Shown here piece after piece: positions 15,074 through 24,134 of a DNA stretch of 33,429 nt. Position 1 is the stretch's first letter, and each line of letters begins with the position of its first letter. Origin of the DNA: Rhodospirillaceae bacterium (GTDB lineage Bacteria; Pseudomonadota; Alphaproteobacteria; SP197); assembly GCA_018700655.1 (NCBI GenBank), contig JABIUG010000434.1, forward strand, positions 1 through 33,429, read 5' to 3'. A model generated the notes under the pieces. It had not been told where the DNA came from and did not search any database. It was given only the letters and a program-made list of their open reading frames with translations. Position numbers and translations under genes: made by a program.

Positions 15074-15184
15074 AGCCCGATCGGCTCAGATCGCATCGAT
15101 CAGAGCCGTGAATCGGTCTCTAAACATTTGAAGAAGAGCAAGATTCACATAACAGGTCGCCTCGACCTGACATCATCTTGCTCT
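15071..15184. repeat. Double-hairpin RIME/Bru-RS-like intergenic element
   Basis: Hairpin 1 (15071-15122): TAGAG/CTCTA, CCGAT/ATCGG, CGGCTC/GAGCCG, GATCG/CGATC. A-rich spacer. Hairpin 2 (15135-15184): AGAGCAAGAT/ATCTTGCTCT, CAGGTCG/CGACCTG. Confidence 0.7.
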
Positions 15185-15196
15185 GGGAAACCCGTC

Positions 15197-15505
15197 ATGC
15201 TCGCTCTGCGCCCCAACTGCGAATACTGCGACAAGGACCTGCCGCCTGATTCCGCCGAGGCGCGAATCTGTTCCTACGAGTGCAAATTCTGTGCCGATTG
15301 CGTCGAGACCCACCTCCACAATGTCTGCCCCAATTGCGGCGGAGGTTTCGTGGCGCGCCCGATACGGCCGGCCACGGCGCGGCGTGGCGGGGTATCACTC
15401 GAACACCAGCCGGCTTCGGCCGAACAGGTTCGTCTCAGCCATGACAAAAAAGAGATCGCGGCGTTCGTGAAAACCCTGAAGGACATCGCGCCGGGTGAAC
15501 GCTGA
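15197..15505 (+). CDS. DUF1272-like small cysteine-rich protein
   Basis: MLALRPNCEYCDKDLPPDSAEARICSYECKFCADC..CPNCGG..RPIRP; start moved to ATG 15197. Confidence 0.85.
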   Translation: MLALRPNCEYCDKDLPPDSAEARICSYECKFCADCVETHLHNVCPNCGGGFVARPIRPATARRGGVSLEHQPASAEQVRLSHDKKEIAAFVKTLKDIAPGER

Positions 15506-15510
15506 TCGCC

Positions 15511-16155
15511 ATGGTCGAGATCCGCACACCTGAGCCGCGTGACCTTGAAGCCTTTTATGCGATCTCTCTGGCGACCGGAGACTTCGGCCGGGATGCCGGC
15601 GATCTCTACAGGGACGCCCATCTGATGGGGTTTATCTATTCAGCACCCTATGCGGTGCTGACTCCGCAGACCTGCCTGGTGGCGCAGGACGATGACGGTG
15701 TCGGCGGTTATGTCGTCGGGGTTCACGACACCCGAGGTTTCGAGGCGCGCCTGGAACAGGAATGGTGGCCTGACTTGCGCCGGCGTTACGCCGAACCGGC
15801 AGGTGATCCGGCCGGTTGGACGCCCGATGAGCGCCGCCACCACAGACTGCATCATCCCCTGATCACGCCGGCAGCCGTGTTGGCGGACTATCCCGCCCAT
15901 GTTCACCTCAACCTGTTGCCCCGGATGCAGGGACAGGGGCTGGGCCGCAAGCTGTTGGCTGCATGGATGGCGCTGATGTGCCCGGAAAAACGGCTTGGCG
16001 TTCATGCAGGTCTCAATCCCAACAACCCCGGCGCGATGGCCTTCTGGCCCGCATGCGGATTCGTTCCACTTGATCCCGTGCCCGGCGGCGACCTGGCCAA
16101 TCTGGCCAATCCGTTCTGGCATGGCCGTTTCATGGGCCCGTCGGAAGGCCGGTAA
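15511..16155 (+). CDS. GNAT family N-acetyltransferase
   Basis: Acetyl-CoA binding motif YPAHVHLNLLPRMQGQGLGRKLL; starts 5 nt after the DUF1272 gene. Confidence 0.8.
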   Translation: MVEIRTPEPRDLEAFYAISLATGDFGRDAGDLYRDAHLMGFIYSAPYAVLTPQTCLVAQDDDGVGGYVVGVHDTRGFEARLEQEWWPDLRRRYAEPAGDPAGWTPDERRHHRLHHPLITPAAVLADYPAHVHLNLLPRMQGQGLGRKLLAAWMALMCPEKRLGVHAGLNPNNPGAMAFWPACGFVPLDPVPGGDLANLANPFWHGRFMGPSEGR

Positions 16156-16200
16156 CGGCGAGACTTGCCAAGGTCGCGGTGTCCGACCACCTTATGGGCC

Positions 16201-17025
16201 ATGGACATTACCGATTTCACCGAAGAACAGCTGCACCGCTACGCGCGCCATATCGTCATGCCTGAAGTCGGCGGCACCGGTCAGGTCAAGCTCCTGAACG
16301 CCAGCGTGCTGCTGGTTGGCGCCGGCGGGCTGGGCGCGCCGCTTGCGATGTATCTCGCTGCTGCGGGCGTGGGCACGCTGGGCATTGTCGACAACGACCA
16401 TGTCGAGCTCTCCAACCTGCAGCGCCAGGTGGCCCACACGACCGAGCGCGTGGGTATGGCCAAGACCGAAAGCGCGGAGATGACGGTCATGGCGCTCAAT
16501 CCCGATGTCACGGTGATCCGCCATCAGGAACGGCTCGAACACCACAACGCTCTGGAGATCATCGGTGGTTACGACGTGGTCTGCGACGGCACCGACAACT
16601 TCCCGACGCGTTATCTGATCAACGATGCCTGCTTCATGGCAGGCAAGCCCCTGGTCAGCGCCGCGATGATGCGCTTTGACGGCCAGCTCACGACCTTCCG
16701 CGCCCATGAGGCTGCCGAGAACCCGTGCTACCGCTGCCTTTTCCCCGAGATGCCGCCCGAAGGCCTGGTGCCGTCCTGTTCGGAAGCCGGTATCTTCGGC
16801 GCGATTGCAGGGGTGATGGGCACGCTCCAGGCCGCCGAGGTACTCAAGGAAATCCTGGGCATCGGCGAGAGCCTGTTCGGCACCCTGGTGATCTACGATG
16901 CGCTGGCAACCGAGTTCCGCCGTGTCGGTTATGGCGCGGATCCTGATTGTGCCCTGTGCGGCAGCCAGGCCACGATCACCGACCTCAGCGGCCACGCCGC
17001 CCACGCGAAGACGGGCCAGTCGTGA
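16201..17025 (+). CDS. moeB: HesA/MoeB/ThiF family adenylyltransferase
   Basis: RYARHI, GAGGLG, SNLQRQ, DGTDNF, PCYRC, SCSEAG, C-terminal CALC. Confidence 0.88.
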   Translation: MDITDFTEEQLHRYARHIVMPEVGGTGQVKLLNASVLLVGAGGLGAPLAMYLAAAGVGTLGIVDNDHVELSNLQRQVAHTTERVGMAKTESAEMTVMALNPDVTVIRHQERLEHHNALEIIGGYDVVCDGTDNFPTRYLINDACFMAGKPLVSAAMMRFDGQLTTFRAHEAAENPCYRCLFPEMPPEGLVPSCSEAGIFGAIAGVMGTLQAAEVLKEILGIGESLFGTLVIYDALATEFRRVGYGADPDCALCGSQATITDLSGHAAHAKTGQS

Positions 17026-17417
17026 CCGTTGCCACGCCACTCGGGCTTGTCGTGCTCTCGGGCGACTACGCCCGTGTGCACTACGCGCTGATGATGGCAT
17101 CGGCGGCTGCCACCATCGACCGTCCGGTCACCGTGTTTGTCACCATGGATGCCGTGCCGCTGCTGGAATCCGGGGAAGGCTGGCGCAGGTTGGCGGGTTC
17201 GGACCGCGACGACGACCTCAAGGGCCGGGGTGTGGCCGACATGGAGACCCTGCTCCAGGCCTGCACGGCGCTTGACGTCGGCATGATGGTCTGCGAGGCC
17301 GGGCTCAAGGGCCTGGATGTAGCCGAAGATGCGTTGCGCGACGACCTCGGTGTCGAGGTCACCGGTCTGGTCACCTTCTATCAGACTTTGGGCGACGGAC
17401 AGATCGTCAGCCTTTAG
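17022..17417 (+). CDS. DsrE/DsrF/DrsH-like family protein
   Basis: GTGA overlap with the moeB stop; RVHYALMMASAAA..VTVFVT, MMVCEAGL, VTGLVTF; 131 aa. Confidence 0.7.
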   Translation: MTVATPLGLVVLSGDYARVHYALMMASAAATIDRPVTVFVTMDAVPLLESGEGWRRLAGSDRDDDLKGRGVADMETLLQACTALDVGMMVCEAGLKGLDVAEDALRDDLGVEVTGLVTFYQTLGDGQIVSL

Positions 17418-17495
17418 CCGACTGGCCCTTGCTGTCTTCTTGACTGGCGCGACCATTTCTTTCAGGGTTACCGGGCCGTCTGGTACACGGCATCT

Positions 17496-17594
17496 CGCGA
17501 ACAAGGACCATCTTTCACCCCCCAGGAGGTGAGTCGGATGGTTGTTTGCGCCTTGTCCGACCGCCCTTCCGCAGAGACGGAGATTCGGACATGA
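17496..17594 (+). promoter_or_regulatory. Structured leader with candidate 18-aa uORF (17538-17594) coupled to the downstream oxygenase
   Basis: AGGAGGTGA at 17524-17532, ATG 17538, MVVCALSDRPSAETEIRT*, TGA overlapping the oxygenase ATG (ATGA); SD and start lie inside a long hairpin. Confidence 0.45.
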
Positions 17595-18601
17595 GCGAGC
17601 CCCTCGAAGACATCGCCACCGTTGATATCGCTGCGTTGTTTAAGGCCGCATCATCCGGCGCTGGCATCGAGACCGACCGGGCCGTGCTTTCTGCCATGAA
17701 ACGGTGCAACGGTTTCGTCGCAACAGGCTTTCCCCGCAGCGACGAACTCGACGCGCGGATCGGTCGCTTGCTGACCTTCTTTGATCTACCGGAAGACCAG
17801 CGCATGGCGCTCGCCACACGTCGTTTCCGACCCGAGGCCAGCCATTGTTATCGCGGCTTCTTCCCGCTTCCGTGTAAGCGGGGCTGGGCGCACAACGAGA
17901 TCTTCGACTACGGGCCCGCTGTGCCCTCACAGGCACCGGATGGCCACCCTGTGAAGGTTTTCCTGGAGGAGATGAACCAATGGCCGGATCCCGCGCCGGA
18001 GCCGGGTTGGGCTGTTGAGGCTCTGGCGCTTCTTGCCGAACTACGCGAGATCGCCGCGGCGGTGATGGCGGCTCTCGCACGGGCTCTGGCGCTTGATGTC
18101 GACACCTTCATGGCGGCTTTCGACGACGACAACGGAACCCTGCGCATCCTGCATTACCCGCCTGTCCCCGATGACTTTGTTGCGGCGACCGGCGAAGAAC
18201 TGCCCGAAGTGGTCGACGGAATGGGTCGAAGGATCATCACACGAAGCCATGTCGATGCCTGCGTGCTATCGCTGCTCTGGCAGGACGATGTGGGTGGCTT
18301 GCAGTACGAAGGTGATGACGGCCGGTGGCGCGAGGTTCCTGCACGGCCCGGGGCGTTGTCAATCCATTGCGGTCAGGCGCTCGAAAACATGACGGAGGGA
18401 CGCCTGAAAGGGACGCCGCACCGGGTCATCGGCACGGGACGTGATCGTTGCTCCATGGGTATGTTCCTGGAGCCGATGTTTGCGGCCGCTATCGGTCATG
18501 ATTCCGGGGGGGCGCCGATCACCTACGCCGATCACATGAAGCATGATTTTGCCGGTCTCGACATCTACGCCGATGTCATGGGCGACGCTGTCGCGGAGTG
18601 A
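17591..18601 (+). CDS. 2OG-Fe(II) oxygenase, isopenicillin N synthase family (paralog 1)
   Basis: YRGFFP, LRILHYPP, HVD, GTPHRV, RCS (HxD..H facial triad, RxS 2OG motif). Confidence 0.88.
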   Translation: MSEPLEDIATVDIAALFKAASSGAGIETDRAVLSAMKRCNGFVATGFPRSDELDARIGRLLTFFDLPEDQRMALATRRFRPEASHCYRGFFPLPCKRGWAHNEIFDYGPAVPSQAPDGHPVKVFLEEMNQWPDPAPEPGWAVEALALLAELREIAAAVMAALARALALDVDTFMAAFDDDNGTLRILHYPPVPDDFVAATGEELPEVVDGMGRRIITRSHVDACVLSLLWQDDVGGLQYEGDDGRWREVPARPGALSIHCGQALENMTEGRLKGTPHRVIGTGRDRCSMGMFLEPMFAAAIGHDSGGAPITYADHMKHDFAGLDIYADVMGDAVAE

Positions 18602-18605
18602 GACG

Positions 18606-19586
18606 ATGACGTTGACCATTCCCACCACGACCGAGCTCGACATCGCGCCGCTCTTTGCGGGTGGCGCGGAACCCGCCCTGGATCGAAGGATCGCGGAGGT
18701 TCTGGAGAGCGAAGCCAGCTTTGTCGCTACTGGATTTCCGGGCTGCGACGGCTATGACACCCGCATCTCCGAAATCCTGCGGTTCTTCGACCTTGGGCAG
18801 GAAGACAAAATGGCCTGTGCCACACAGAGTGACCGTCCGACCCATCCCAACATCTATCGTGGCTATTATCCCCTACCCGACGAACCTCATTTTTCGCACC
18901 ACGAGATCTTCGATATCGGGCCTGAACCTGCAATGACATCGCCCGACGTGCCGGGTGCGGAGTCTTTCCGCGAGGACAATGTCTGGCCGGACAGGGAGCC
19001 CGTCGCGGGATGGCGGACGAAGCTGCTTTTGCTGTTTCGCGAGGAACGCGCGATCGGTGTGGCCGTGATGGCGGCAGCCGCGCGCGGTCTGGGCCTCGGG
19101 GATGAGACGGTGATCGCGGCGGCAGGCAGCCGCAACGGGACCCTGCGGTTGTTGCACTATGCCCCCATGCCTGAGGGCTTCGAAGTGATCGCCGAAGACG
19201 GCCTGCCCCCCGGTGAGATCGGCGACGGCCGCCGCCTGGTTGGAAGTGCCCATATCGACACGGGCCTGATGTCGGTGCTCTGGCAGGACCACAGGGGCGG
19301 GCTGCAGATGCAGGGACGCGACAGTGTCTGGCGAGAGGTGGAAGCACGGGCCGATGTGCTCTCGATCCACATGGGTGACCTGATGCATGGACTGACTGGC
19401 GGGCGCCTGCACGCCACCCGGCATCGTGTCCTGAGTCAGGGGTTCGACCGCTGCTCGGTGGGTCTGTTTGTCGAGCCGGACTTCGAGACCGATGTCGTCG
19501 CGCCGTCAGTTGGCCCGGCGGTGAGTTACGCCCGCCATCTGGTCAACGAGTATCCCGACCGCTTCGAGGCCAAGACGGCGGCCTGA
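18606..19586 (+). CDS. 2OG-Fe(II) oxygenase, isopenicillin N synthase family (paralog 2)
   Basis: YRGYYP, LRLLHYAP, HID, ATRHRV, RCS; starts 4 nt after paralog 1. Confidence 0.88.
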   Translation: MTLTIPTTTELDIAPLFAGGAEPALDRRIAEVLESEASFVATGFPGCDGYDTRISEILRFFDLGQEDKMACATQSDRPTHPNIYRGYYPLPDEPHFSHHEIFDIGPEPAMTSPDVPGAESFREDNVWPDREPVAGWRTKLLLLFREERAIGVAVMAAAARGLGLGDETVIAAAGSRNGTLRLLHYAPMPEGFEVIAEDGLPPGEIGDGRRLVGSAHIDTGLMSVLWQDHRGGLQMQGRDSVWREVEARADVLSIHMGDLMHGLTGGRLHATRHRVLSQGFDRCSVGLFVEPDFETDVVAPSVGPAVSYARHLVNEYPDRFEAKTAA

Positions 19587-19598
19587 CGGCGCTAACGT

Positions 19599-21307
19599 TC
19601 AGTCCGGCACGCCTGCCTTGCGCAGACCGCCCAGAAACAGATCTCCCCCTACCTTCCAGCGCCGGCAGCGCCTTGTCGAGATAGTCGACGGTGACATCGG
19701 GGTTGACCGCGCGTGCCCGGCGCAACGCGTCTGCGGCACGTTCACGCTCGTCCCTGTTGCCAAGCGCGCTGAGCTCCCCGAGGAAGGCATAGATTGCAGC
19801 ATTCGGGTTCTGTTGCGCGGCCTTGGAGACGGCAATCGCCTCGTCGTAGTCTTCGAGCATCACGAGTGCGATCGCCTTGCTGGCGAGAAAAACCCACATG
19901 AGCTGGTCGTGCGGGCTGATGCGGATCGCCCGGTCGATCGCGGCGACACCCTCTTCGCGCTTGCCGATGTGCCACAGGGCGTGACCCTGGATCATGTGCG
20001 CCAGAGCGAAGTTCGGGTTGAGCTCGATCGCGCGTTCCAGCGCTGCCAGGGCTTCGTCGAAGCGACGCGTATAGATGCTCGCGCTCCCGATTGTGAGGTA
20101 CGCGAAAGGTTCATTCTCGTCCAGCTTGGCCGCCCTGCGCCCCAGCCTGAGTGCCATCGCGATGTCGCCTTCGGGGTCCGGCGAAATGCCGTGGAGAATG
20201 CGCACGCAGTGAGCATATCCAAGGCTGGCGGTGGCGACGGCGAAGCTGGGATCAAGCTCGACAGCACGGCTCAGGAACGCGATCGCTGCTTCGCATTCCT
20301 CAGGGCTGTAACGGAATAGGTGCCACATGCCGCGCTGGTAGTTTTCCCAGGCGTCGAGGTTGTCAGGCGGTTTCCTGAGCGCACGCATCTGCTCGGAGAG
20401 TTCCAGCTTTGGCTGCAGTGCCCGGACGATGGCGAAGGTCACTTCGTCCTGGACGGCAAAAATGTCTTCAAGGTCGCGGTCGTAACGTTCGGCCCAGAGA
20501 TGGCTGCCGCTGGCCGCCTCGATCAGCTGGGCGGTCACGCGCGCCCGGTTGCCGGCCTGGCGCATGCTGCCCTCCAGCACGTAGCGCACGCCGAGCTGGC
20601 GGCAGACCTCGCTTATGTCGACCGCCTTGCCCTTGAAGGTGAAGGTGGAGTTGCGCGCGATGACAAAAAGCGAGCGGAACCTGGAGAGTTCCGTGATGAT
20701 GTCTTCTGTGATGCCGTCGGCGAAGAACTCCTGCTCTGGATCCCCCGACATGTTGGTGAAGGGGAGCACGGCGATTGAAGGTTTGTCGGGAAGAGCCAGC
20801 GCGACCGGTTTCGTTGCCATTTCGATGTTACCAGGCACCCAGCGCCACACACGCACCATGCCCTCAATGTTCTTGAACGCTTCCTCACCGCCGTCCTCGA
20901 ACGCGACCTGGACCTTGCCCTTGACCTGGTCGTGTGCCGAGCCCGACAGGCAGATGCCGCCGGGCTCTGCCGCTGCCTCCAGCCGGGCTGCGAGGTTGAC
21001 GCCCTCGCCATAGACCTCGCTGCGATCCTCGATCACGTCGCCCAGGTTGATGCCAATGCGGATGCTGACGCGTTCGTTCTCGGGTTTGCCGGCATTGCCC
21101 TCGGCCAGGCCGTTCTGGATCTCTGCCGCCGTGTCGACCGCCAGCACAACACAGCACGGTGCCGCCCGCCGTGCCGATCTGCGCGGTCACGTCATCCAGC
21201 ATTGCCATGACGCGCCGGTGCGTGCCGACCTCGTCGGCCCCGGTCAGCCGGCTGTAGCCGGCGACATCGGCGTAGAACACCGCTGTCAATCGGCGGGTGA
21301 CGCTCAT
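19599..21307 (-). pseudogene. Class III adenylate/guanylate cyclase-TolB-like-TPR protein, disrupted
   Basis: RRLTAVFYADVAGYSRL (frame from 21307), RIGINLGDV, GEGVNLAARLE, PSIAVLPFTNMSGDPEQEFFADG, TPR-like repeats. Frameshift/deletion at ~21151 and frameshift at ~19645-19649; typical C-terminus GLRKAGVPD* is in another frame. Confidence 0.85.
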
Positions 21308-21450
21308 GCCCCGAGCCCCCACAGGTGGCCGCAGTCCAGCACTGCGTCCTGGCGCGGATCATACAGCCAGCAACCGATTGTGCTATGCTCTTCCGCCGCT
21401 GGCTGGCAGGTTGTACGGTTGTAAAACCGGAAACGGGCGGGAAGGCACAG

Positions 21451-22659
21451 ATGACAAATGTGCAGGGTCTCCATCGGCAAGAACTCCACGAAGCGCTAAA
21501 CGATGCGGTTCTCGAAGGCATGACGGCCACGACCGGTGAGGCCAAGGGCCTGCCCAACGCGGCGTTTACCGATTCCGCCTTTCTGGAGCTTGAGCGCAAA
21601 CACCTCTTCAGCCGCACCTGGGTCTTTGCAGGCTCGCGCAGTGCGGTGTCTGAACCCGGCGCGGTGCGGTGTCTCGAGGTCGCCGGCCGCCAGCTTTTCA
21701 TGGCGACCGACGCCAAGGGCGAGACACGGGTCTGGTTCAACGTCTGCCCGCACCGGGGCGCCAGGCTTGTGGTCGAGGATCAGGACAAGGCTGCGGTCCT
21801 GACCTGTCCCTATCACGGCTGGTCGTTCGGGCTCGATGGCGGCCTGCGCGCGCGGCCGCACTATCACGCCCCCCTGGAGCACGACAGGCAAGGCAGCAAG
21901 GCCGAACGCGATTGTCTGTTCGAGGTCCGCTCGGCGATCTGGCACGACTGGGTGTTCGTCAACATCGACGGCCAGGCGCCCGCTTTCGAGGACTACATGG
22001 CGCCGGCCATGAAGGCCTACGAGGACTGGAACCTGGGCGCGCTCCGGCTGGCCCACTACCAGCCCTTCGAGTTCCATGCCAACTGGAAGCTGGTGGTCGA
22101 GAACTTCTGCGACAACTACCACGTTTTCATGGTGCATCCCGCGCTCCACGATGCGCAGGAGCCGCGCGACCGTTTCGGCATGTCGCCTGATGGTGTCCAC
22201 ATGTTCAACCGCTTCGTCATCGGCGTCGAAGGTCGCGGTCTGACGCCCGACCCGGACGGCCCGACCCTGCCGGAGATCCCGGATCTGCCCGACGCGCTGG
22301 AGAAGGATTCGCCGTTCTGCAATCTCTTTCCCAACGCCACGATGGCGATTTTCCCGACCAACGTTGCGTTCTTCAGCTTCGAGCCGGTAACGGTCGACGA
22401 GACCATCATGCATGTCTGGTTCTATTTCGCGGGCGATGCCGCCCATGACGAGGAGCACCGTGCGGGCCGCGAGGCGGTGATCGCAGAATGGGCCAACCTA
22501 AACGCCGAGGATTCCGGCATTTGTCACCGCCTGCAGGAAGGGCGCACCTGCGATGCCTATGACGGCGGCCGTTTCGCGCCCTACTGGGACGCGGGCACGC
22601 TCCATTTTCATAGACAGATAGCCGACGCCATCCGCGGTGAAGGCGCGTTTTTGCGGTAG
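21451..22659 (+). CDS. Rieske non-heme iron oxygenase alpha subunit (choline/betaine monooxygenase-like)
   Basis: Rieske ligands CPHRG..CPYHGW; mononuclear Fe site NWK..ENFCDNYHVFMVH, ED; start ATG 21451. Confidence 0.88.
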   Translation: MTNVQGLHRQELHEALNDAVLEGMTATTGEAKGLPNAAFTDSAFLELERKHLFSRTWVFAGSRSAVSEPGAVRCLEVAGRQLFMATDAKGETRVWFNVCPHRGARLVVEDQDKAAVLTCPYHGWSFGLDGGLRARPHYHAPLEHDRQGSKAERDCLFEVRSAIWHDWVFVNIDGQAPAFEDYMAPAMKAYEDWNLGALRLAHYQPFEFHANWKLVVENFCDNYHVFMVHPALHDAQEPRDRFGMSPDGVHMFNRFVIGVEGRGLTPDPDGPTLPEIPDLPDALEKDSPFCNLFPNATMAIFPTNVAFFSFEPVTVDETIMHVWFYFAGDAAHDEEHRAGREAVIAEWANLNAEDSGICHRLQEGRTCDAYDGGRFAPYWDAGTLHFHRQIADAIRGEGAFLR

Positions 22660-22661
22660 GA

Positions 22662-23050
22662 TTTTTTGTTGTTTGTTTAGCCTCAGGCGCCGGTGTTCGC
22701 TCCGCTCACTTGGCTTCCGCGCCTTTGGCGCGCCGGTGCGGTCGCACCGGTCAGCGGCCGCTTCGCTCTCGTCGCCGAACACTGTCACTGAAGGTGGCGG
22801 ATGCTCCCGCCCCAACCACATCCACAGCCGTCATGCCCCCACTTGATGGGGGCATCCATCCCGAACCCCATAGACCCGCACCGGCGGGAGATGGATCGCT
22901 CGGTCAAGCCGGGCGAGGACGAGGGAGGTGGATGTTGGTGACAGCGGGAGGCCCGGTCAGGGCCGAAGGCGAGCGACTGCGAGCCCGCCGTGCGAGCGGC
23001 GAAAGCCAAGTGAGCGGAGCGAACGCTGGCGCCAGAGGCTAAAACAAAAA
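22662..23050. repeat. ~390-bp nested palindromic (MITE/BIME-like) element
   Basis: ~50-bp imperfect terminal inverted repeats (22672-22720 vs ~22999-23050) enclosing inner inverted pairs and a GTCATG..CTTGA..ATCCA / TGGAT..TCAAG..GAC REP-like doublet (22829-22921). Confidence 0.85.
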
Positions 23051-23053
23051 CCC

Positions 23054-24043
23054 CTACAGCAGCGTATCGATCACCCGGTCAGGCGGCTTGTGGCCGTCGG
23101 CGAAGGTCTTGATGTTGATGATGACCTTTTCGCCCATGTCGATCCGGCCTTCGATCGTGGCCGAGCCCATGTGGGGCAGCAGAACGACATTCTCCAGGGC
23201 GACCAGCTTGGGGTTCACCGCAGGCTCGTGCTCGAAGACATCAAGGCCGGCGCCGGCAATCTCGCCGGCTTTCAGCATCCGGGTCATGGCCTGCTCGTCG
23301 ATTACCTCGCCGCGTGACGTGTTCACGATGACGGCTGTGTTCTTGAGCAGCTTCAGGCGTCTGGCCGACAAAAGGTGGAACGTGCCTGGCGTATGGGGGC
23401 AGTTGACCGAGATGATATCCATGCGGGCCAGCATCTGGTCGAGGCTTTCCCAAAAGGTCGCCTCGAGCTCCATTTCGCTGTGCTCGGGGAGCTGACGCCG
23501 GTTGTGATAATGGATCGAAAGGCCGAATCCCCTGGCGCGGCGTGCCACGGCCGAGCCGATTCGGCCCATGCCGATGATGCCCAGCCGTTTGCCCCATAGC
23601 CGGTTGCCCAGCATGTGCGTCGGGCTCCAGCCGGTCCATTCGCCGCTCCGGATCATGCGTTCGCCCTGGCTGACCCGGCGGATCACATCCAGGATCAGCG
23701 CCATCGTCATGTCGGCGGTGTCTTCGGTCAGGACACCGGGTGTGTTGGTCACGGTGATGCCGCGCTCGCGCGCAGCGGCCAGGTCGATATGGTCGACACC
23801 GGTGCCGAAATTGGCGATCAGCCTCAGGTTTTCACCAGCCTGGGCCAGAATCCCCTTGTCGATCCGATCGGTCAGAGTCGGGACCAGAACATCGGCTGTC
23901 TTGACCGCGACGACCAGATCTTCTCGGGTCATCGGGTGATCATCATCGTTGAGCCGTGTGTCGAAAAGCTCCATCATCCGCGTCTCGATAACGTCGGGTA
24001 GCTTTCTGGTCACAATGACGATTGGTTTTTTGGCTCGGGCCAT
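23054..24043 (-). CDS. D-glycerate dehydrogenase / glyoxylate reductase (D-2-hydroxyacid dehydrogenase)
   Basis: NFGTGVDHID, TNTPGVLTEDTAD, GMGRIG, VNTSRG, GLDVFEHEP, LPHMGSAT; start ATG 24043. Confidence 0.92.
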   Translation of the reverse strand: MARAKKPIVIVTRKLPDVIETRMMELFDTRLNDDDHPMTREDLVVAVKTADVLVPTLTDRIDKGILAQAGENLRLIANFGTGVDHIDLAAARERGITVTNTPGVLTEDTADMTMALILDVIRRVSQGERMIRSGEWTGWSPTHMLGNRLWGKRLGIIGMGRIGSAVARRARGFGLSIHYHNRRQLPEHSEMELEATFWESLDQMLARMDIISVNCPHTPGTFHLLSARRLKLLKNTAVIVNTSRGEVIDEQAMTRMLKAGEIAGAGLDVFEHEPAVNPKLVALENVVLLPHMGSATIEGRIDMGEKVIINIKTFADGHKPPDRVIDTLL

Positions 24044-24134
24044 GCGTGTTTTTACTGCCTCGCTGCGACGGAGCCCCCGAACATCGGGGCGCGCGCTCTT
24101 TAACAAATACGATCCCGTGAGACAACGCAACGCG

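Noticed and set aside
22662-23050. CRISPR array or autonomous IS
   Set aside because: Repeats are inverted and nested rather than regularly spaced direct repeats; no cas or transposase ORF; ORFs across it are low-complexity translations of the repeat
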